Positions 14,694 through 18,351 of a stretch of 18,351 nucleotides of DNA are shown here, one piece after another. The DNA comes from a virus. Lineage: Duplodnaviria > Heunggongvirae > Uroviricota > Caudoviricetes. The translations under genes were made by a program, and so were the position numbers. Location: IMG/VR virus record IMGVR_UViG_3300033153_011579; one strand, given 5' to 3'. Each line of letters begins with the position of its first letter. The first letter of the stretch is position 1. The notes beneath the pieces were generated by a model that saw only the letters and a list, made by a program, of their open reading frames with translations, had not been told where the DNA came from and did not search any database.

Positions 14694-15292
14694 GCCGCGT
14701 GCCGCTTCAACCAGGCGATGGAGTTCTTCGAAATGCGGTTGTGGAGCTTCCCGGCGCAGACGACGCCCGACACGATCTTCAGATGCTTCTCGACGGTCCG
14801 GATGTCGCCCCGCCGCACCTTGTAATACTCGAGGCCCTGGGCCATCTGTCCGAGAGACGGTAGGCGGCCGCGTAAGAACCAGATCATCTCGAGCTCGGTG
14901 TGCATCGCCCTCGCCTCGTACCACGCCCGCTTCGCCTTGGACGTCAGGTACCGCACTGCGAAGTACGATGGGTCCTTCCTCATCTGGCGCGCGTGATGGA
15001 ACTCGTGGCAGATCACCTCTACCTGGCGCTTCAGGTCGGGAACGCCCTTCCCGCGCTCGCCCGGCTCGAACGGCAAGTAGATCCGCGTCTTCGTGATGCC
15101 GAACATCTTGAGCTGTGGGATCGTCGTCGCGAAGTTGCTGAGGAAGTAGTCTCGGTCGAAGATCCCCATCAGGTGGAGCGCCTGCCCGACGATTTTCATT
15201 TCCTTCGCGGTGGCCTTGTCGACGATCTTCACCTTGTGCTTCTTCGCCAGGTACTTCGTCAGGTCGCGGACGTGGCTTGATGTGAGTCTCAT
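14690..15292 (-). CDS. HExxH zincin-like metallopeptidase (200 aa)
   Basis: VICHEFHHARQ with a downstream YEARA supplying a likely third ligand. Confidence 0.72.
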   Translation of the reverse strand: MRLTSSHVRDLTKYLAKKHKVKIVDKATAKEMKIVGQALHLMGIFDRDYFLSNFATTIPQLKMFGITKTRIYLPFEPGERGKGVPDLKRQVEVICHEFHHARQMRKDPSYFAVRYLTSKAKRAWYEARAMHTELEMIWFLRGRLPSLGQMAQGLEYYKVRRGDIRTVEKHLKIVSGVVCAGKLHNRISKNSIAWLKRHAA

Positions 15293-15660
15293 TGGGTGAC
15301 CTCCTCGCTCGGTACCTTGTTCAGAAACTTACGGAGTTGGCTGAGACCTTGCTCGTAGTATTGGCCTCCTGGTCTCCACCATTCCGTACACCCCAGACTC
15401 GAGTAGAACCAGCTTTCGATATGCTTGGCCCAGCACTCGTCCAGTTCGAGCCCGTCCAGCGTCGCACGGCCTTTTGTGCAGCAGAATGGCTTGCCTTCGC
15501 AGTAGAGCCCCAGGATGGTTGCCCTCATCCGATCATCGAGCGGGTGCTCCTTCAGGTGGGCGGCCACCGCGGCCTTCAAGGATTCTTCCGCCGAGTCCAG
15601 CTCCTCGCGGGCGAGCTCCAGCTGCTCGCCGGCATACACCCAGTCGTTCAGCGTCGTCAT
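15289..15660 (-). CDS. Hypothetical protein with an N-terminal coiled coil (123 aa)
   Basis: ATGA overlaps at both ends, GAGGA SD-like sequence and heptad-like EQLELAREELDSAEESLKAAV. Confidence 0.7.
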   Translation of the reverse strand: MTTLNDWVYAGEQLELAREELDSAEESLKAAVAAHLKEHPLDDRMRATILGLYCEGKPFCCTKGRATLDGLELDECWAKHIESWFYSSLGCTEWWRPGGQYYEQGLSQLRKFLNKVPSEEVTQ

Positions 15661-15929
15661 TCCTCGCACTCCTCGGGGACGGTGCACGAGAACGAGTCGA
15701 GCTCGGCGTCCCAGCAGCAGATCTCTCCGTCGTACGGCTCGAGGATTTTGCAGTCGAGCACCATGTTCCAGTCCTTGGCCTGGTCGCACAACTCGACCCG
15801 TGTTCCGTGGCACCGCGTGTCGTCAGGTTTGCACCCGTCGTGGCAGCCGCAGTTGAGCCAGAGGATGACCAGCAGCGCGGCGACGTGCACCGCCGCCCAC
15901 AGCGTCGGCCACAGGTGATCAGCTTTCAT
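15657..15929 (-). CDS. Secreted or lipoprotein-like Cys-rich protein (90 aa)
   Basis: Hydrophobic signal-like N-terminus ending LNCGC, 10 Cys in total, AGGAGG SD. Confidence 0.7.
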   Translation of the reverse strand: MKADHLWPTLWAAVHVAALLVILWLNCGCHDGCKPDDTRCHGTRVELCDQAKDWNMVLDCKILEPYDGEICCWDAELDSFSCTVPEECEE

Positions 15930-16152
15930 GGACACTAGTGTCCTCCTCTTCTTCTTTCCTCGGTTTGTAGTGGCGGCAGGCCGGGCGGTCTGCGTAGTTG
16001 CTCTCGTAACGCGTTTCGCAATAGCAAAACCCGTGGTCGACACCAGTGAATCCGCAACTTTGATCCTGACAGGGGTAGTACCAGTGACATTTTCTGCAGC
16101 ACGGGCCGGGGTCGTCCGGTTGAACCAGCTGCACTACACAATCGTCTGACAC
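15919..16152 (-). CDS. Cys-rich metal-binding-like microprotein (77 aa)
   Basis: GTG start with AAGGAG 7 nt upstream and a matching promoter. 9 Cys, CCRKC...GFCYC...AC.HY. Confidence 0.65.
   Translation of the reverse strand: MSDDCVVQLVQPDDPGPCCRKCHWYYPCQDQSCGFTGVDHGFCYCETRYESNYADRPACRHYKPRKEEEEDTSVHES
15930..15943 (-). promoter_or_regulatory. Junction palindrome GGACACTAGTGTCC (second copy)
   Basis: Lies between the SD AGGAGGA and the ATG at 15929. Identical to 13747-13760. Confidence 0.7.
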
Positions 16153-16178
16153 TTGGGTTCTCCTTCCGCCGCAGGCAC

Positions 16179-16207
16179 AAGGTAACAAACACTGGAGGTG
16201 GTTGCAA
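16179..16207 (-). promoter_or_regulatory. Leftward sigma70-type promoter for the minus-strand operon
   Basis: TTGCAA-N17-TACCTT with an extended -10 TG, correctly spaced above the SD and GTG at 16152. Confidence 0.6.
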
Positions 16208-16341
16208 TAAAGAAGCGCCCACAAGGTGTCGCGGCGAAAGGAGCATGGAGGGCTCGGCTAGGAGTTTCCACAAGCCTTTCAACACCAAGGGGCGCGGTCT
16301 ATGATCATACCCGACAAAGAGCCGCGGTCAAGATCGGAAGC

Positions 16342-16370
16342 TTGCCCGCCGTCGAGCACTCCTGTATCAC
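16342..16370 (+). promoter_or_regulatory. Possible promoter giving a leaderless sigma-factor mRNA
   Basis: TTGCCC-N17-TATCAC, ending 6 nt before the ATG at 16377. No SD is visible. Confidence 0.35.
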
Positions 16371-16376
16371 TGAACG

Positions 16377-17051
16377 ATGAAGAAGTGGAACAACGAGGCC
16401 GCCCTGCTCGCCCTCCGCAAGCTCGAGCTGCGCTTTCCCAACGGATCTCCGGCGGTCGAGGACGCCAAGCGGGAGCTCGTCGAGAGGAACTACCGCCTCG
16501 TCTGGCACCTCGCGAGACGGTGGCACGCTCGATACAACCCGATCCACTTCGCGGTCGAGGACTTCGCGTCCGAGGGCGTGCTCGGGCTGTACGAGGCGAT
16601 TCGGAACTGGGACCCCGAGCGGAAGACCGCGACGTTCGCGACGTACGCCTCCAAGGCTATCTGGGCGTGTATGTTCCGCGAGTGGAAGACCAAAGAGTCG
16701 ATCATCCGCGTCCCCGTCAACGCGAAAGCGAAGTGGGCGTATGTCTACTCGCTCGACGCCCCCATGGCGTTCGGCAACAACGGCGAAGAAGTCCCCTTCA
16801 TGGACTTCATCGTCGATAGGGATGCGCTCGAGGAGTCTCAGCACCTCGGTGAAGAAGGAGATGTCGCGAAAGTAGTCGCCGCCGTCGACCGGTTGTCCAG
16901 GCGACAGCGCGAGGCCGTCCGCGCGCGCTTCCTTAAAGAAGAGCCCCTGACGCTCGCTGCCGCCGGCGAGACGATGGGCATCTGCCGCGAACGCGTCCGC
17001 CAGCTCCAGAACCTGGGTCTCGATCGCCTCAGAGACGATCTCCACGCCTAA
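16377..17051 (+). CDS. Sigma70-family alternative RNA polymerase sigma factor (224 aa)
   Basis: Region 2 (LVERNYRLV, EDFASEGVLGLYEAI..WDP, FATYA), SLD of region 3.2, and region 4.2 HTH (LT...GETMGICRERVRQLQ). Confidence 0.92.
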   Translation: MKKWNNEAALLALRKLELRFPNGSPAVEDAKRELVERNYRLVWHLARRWHARYNPIHFAVEDFASEGVLGLYEAIRNWDPERKTATFATYASKAIWACMFREWKTKESIIRVPVNAKAKWAYVYSLDAPMAFGNNGEEVPFMDFIVDRDALEESQHLGEEGDVAKVVAAVDRLSRRQREAVRARFLKEEPLTLAAAGETMGICRERVRQLQNLGLDRLRDDLHA

Positions 17052-17058
17052 ATCGTAG

Positions 17059-17133
17059 TTTCCCGTGAGTTTCCCGTGGATCACGGGAATCCAAGCCATT
17101 TCCCGTGGTTTCCCGTGGCCCGATCGCGGGAAA
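17059..17133. repeat. TTTCCCGTG array: four direct and two inverted copies
   Basis: Direct copies at 17059, 17070, 17099 and 17109. Inverted copies CACGGGAA at 17082-17089 and CGCGGGAAA at 17125-17133. Confidence 0.9.
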
Positions 17134-17138
17134 CCCAG

Positions 17139-17156
17139 TGTGCACAATGTGCACAT
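17139..17156. repeat. Tandem TGTGCACA palindromes
   Basis: TGTGCACA at 17139-17146 and 17148-17155; the second extends to ATGTGCACAT. Confidence 0.75.
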
Positions 17157-17185
17157 CCCCCTCAGGGAATCCCCTATTCTCTAGC

Positions 17186-17214
17186 TTGACCTGGGCTTTA
17201 CCGTGCTATATGAT
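17186..17214 (+). promoter_or_regulatory. Strong sigma70-type promoter
   Basis: TTGACC-N17-TATGAT, followed by a GAGGAG SD and the ATG at 17241. Confidence 0.72.
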
Positions 17215-17240
17215 CGGTTCCGCGGCGAGAGGAGACACCC

Positions 17241-17816
17241 ATGAGTAGCATAGACGCTGTCTGCGAAGAGCATTCTGACGTGGTCGACCGACTGCTGAAC
17301 ACGGTCTCTAAAATCCAGGCCGAGCTCGAGGAGGCCGACAAGATACGAGAGAAGGCCATGCTGCGGTTGCACAACCTCCACGCTCATCTCTACAACGCCC
17401 CGCGGACCGAGCGTTCGAGAGAGATCAGAAAAGAGAACTTCAAAGACCTGGTGACTGCTGTCACTACACCCGGTCATCCTCTCAACGAGGCGCTAGCTGG
17501 ACCACACAGCCCTGATGACCCTTTCGGTCACAACGCGGTGACGCGGGAAGCGGCCAAGCCCTACATCTATGCGTTCCCTGGACAACTTGGTTTGGGGTAC
17601 TTCTACATCGAGACGGGCCTCATCACTATGATGAGCCACGATTCCGAAACGTGGATCACTCTCGACGATGTGCCAGGTCAACTCATCAACCTCTACGACT
17701 GCGTCGGCAAATACATCAAGGTGAGGGTCCCCGGTGGCTGGCGACTCTTCGAGCAAACCTCGGAGGGCGTCCGTGTTCAGAACATCCCAGATAAAGAGGA
17801 GGGTGAGCCCTCATGA
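17241..17816 (+). CDS. Hypothetical protein with an N-terminal coiled coil (191 aa)
   Basis: Promoter and SD upstream. No family recognised. Confidence 0.75.
   Translation: MSSIDAVCEEHSDVVDRLLNTVSKIQAELEEADKIREKAMLRLHNLHAHLYNAPRTERSREIRKENFKDLVTAVTTPGHPLNEALAGPHSPDDPFGHNAVTREAAKPYIYAFPGQLGLGYFYIETGLITMMSHDSETWITLDDVPGQLINLYDCVGKYIKVRVPGGWRLFEQTSEGVRVQNIPDKEEGEPS
17799..17812 (+). promoter_or_regulatory. Junction hairpin GAGGG-TGAG-CCCTC
   Basis: Same stem and upstream context (AAAGAGGAGGG) as 5079 and 13971, with a different loop. The ATG follows immediately. Confidence 0.65.
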
Positions 17817-18022
17817 CCGTCGAGGAGTTGATCGAAGAATTGAAGAAGTGCAACCCGAAGGCGATCGTCATCCGCGCTGACTACGTCCCTGCATCCGATA
17901 GCTGGGAAGATTTAGAGATCGGTGACGTCTTTGAGCTCTGCGGGAAGCTCTACCAGAAGGCCCGCTTCACGACTGAACACACCAACAAGGTTGGCAAGGG
18001 CGACATCGTCAGTCTGATATAG
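17813..18022 (+). CDS. Small phage-type hypothetical protein (69 aa)
   Basis: ATGA overlap. The N-terminus MTVEELIEELKKCNPKAIV is typical of small phage ORFs. Confidence 0.7.
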   Translation: MTVEELIEELKKCNPKAIVIRADYVPASDSWEDLEIGDVFELCGKLYQKARFTTEHTNKVGKGDIVSLI

Positions 18023-18032
18023 GAGATTTCGA

Positions 18033-18350
18033 ATGTCAGATAGCTCTACCTTTCACGAGACCGACGGCGTCGGAAATCCGATCCTGAAAGCATGCCGCGG
18101 GTGCACCATAGTGGTTCCCACGGACAACATGGACGGCGACGGGTACTGTAAATCCTGCTCGCCCTGGGAGGCTCTCAACCGTAGGAACACCACAATCGAC
18201 GAGCTCTCCATCCGGATCGCCGCGCTGACGGAGGAGCTCAAGAACGTCACCGAGAGCCGCGCAGAGTCCATCCGGATCCTCGAAGATAAGCGAGAGCAGT
18301 TCTTCGAATTACTCACAAAGGTTGCCGAGTTCGAGCCGACGAGGAAAAGG
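18033..18350 (+). CDS. Partial (3'-truncated) protein with a CxxC-x14-CxxC finger and a coiled coil
   Basis: AGGAG SD. MSDSSTFHETDGVGNPILKACRGC...YCKSC...IDELSIRIAALTEELKNV, open to the window end. Not in the ORF track. Confidence 0.75.
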   Translation, partial: MSDSSTFHETDGVGNPILKACRGCTIVVPTDNMDGDGYCKSCSPWEALNRRNTTIDELSIRIAALTEELKNVTESRAESIRILEDKREQFFELLTKVAEFEPTRKR

Positions 18351-18351
18351 C

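Larger units (their letters stand above)
1..18351. mobile_element. Segment of a bacterial virus/prophage genome, possibly a membrane-containing virus
   Basis: Near-gapless small ORFs with 1-4 nt stop/start overlaps, many Cys-motif microproteins, a sigma factor among hypotheticals and no housekeeping genes. No hallmark virion or packaging gene is seen, so this is inference. Confidence 0.75.

Noticed and set aside
15935-16288. Alternative minus-strand ORF whose TAG would sit in the loop of the 15930 palindrome
   Set aside because: It runs through the predicted promoter and has no clear SD. The overlapping frame 15919-16152 has a promoter, SD and coherent Cys pattern. Not fully excluded.
17059-17133. 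CRISPR array
   Set aside because: The repeats are 9 nt with 1-8 nt gaps and mixed orientation. There are no spacer-length unique sequences and no cas genes.
16305-17156. 283-aa minus-strand ORF across the sigma gene and repeat array
   Set aside because: Shadow of the sigma factor. It starts inside the repeats with no SD.
1-18351. tRNA, rRNA, integrase/att sites, IS elements
   Set aside because: No cloverleaf, recombinase or transposase motifs, or terminal inverted repeats were seen by eye. A tRNAscan/Infernal run would be needed to exclude small RNAs.

Overview
The window looks like an 18.4-kb segment of a GC-rich, densely packed virus or prophage genome. Many genes overlap at ATGA/TGATG/GTGA/TAGTG junctions and most are small. 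No capsid, terminase, portal, tail, integrase or polymerase gene is recognisable, so the viral assignment is an inference. There are four blocks. (1) 1-3994 (+): a C2H2-finger protein, seven Gly-rich membrane proteins with basic termini and two Lys/Arg- and Cys-rich microproteins, resembling the structural module of a lipid-containing virion. (2) 4090-10143 (+): two paralogous GT-A-like enzymes, two sulfotransferases, a GT-D-like protein, a SAM methyltransferase and a membrane-anchored caspase-fold protease. (3) 10159-16152 (-), converging on block 2: a radical SAM/SPASM protein with a Cx5Hx2C motif, two GT2 glycosyltransferases, a stand-alone TSCPD/NrdJb-like protein, a HExxH zincin, a Cys-rich putative lipoprotein and small hypotheticals. 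(4) 16377-end (+): a sigma70-family factor, an oriented TTTCCCGTG repeat array, a strong sigma70-type promoter and small genes. A recurring family of short hairpins, many with CTAG loops holding the upstream stop codon and stems covering the downstream Shine-Dalgarno (SD) sequence, marks gene junctions on both strands. All functional calls come from motif recognition by eye; no searches were run.
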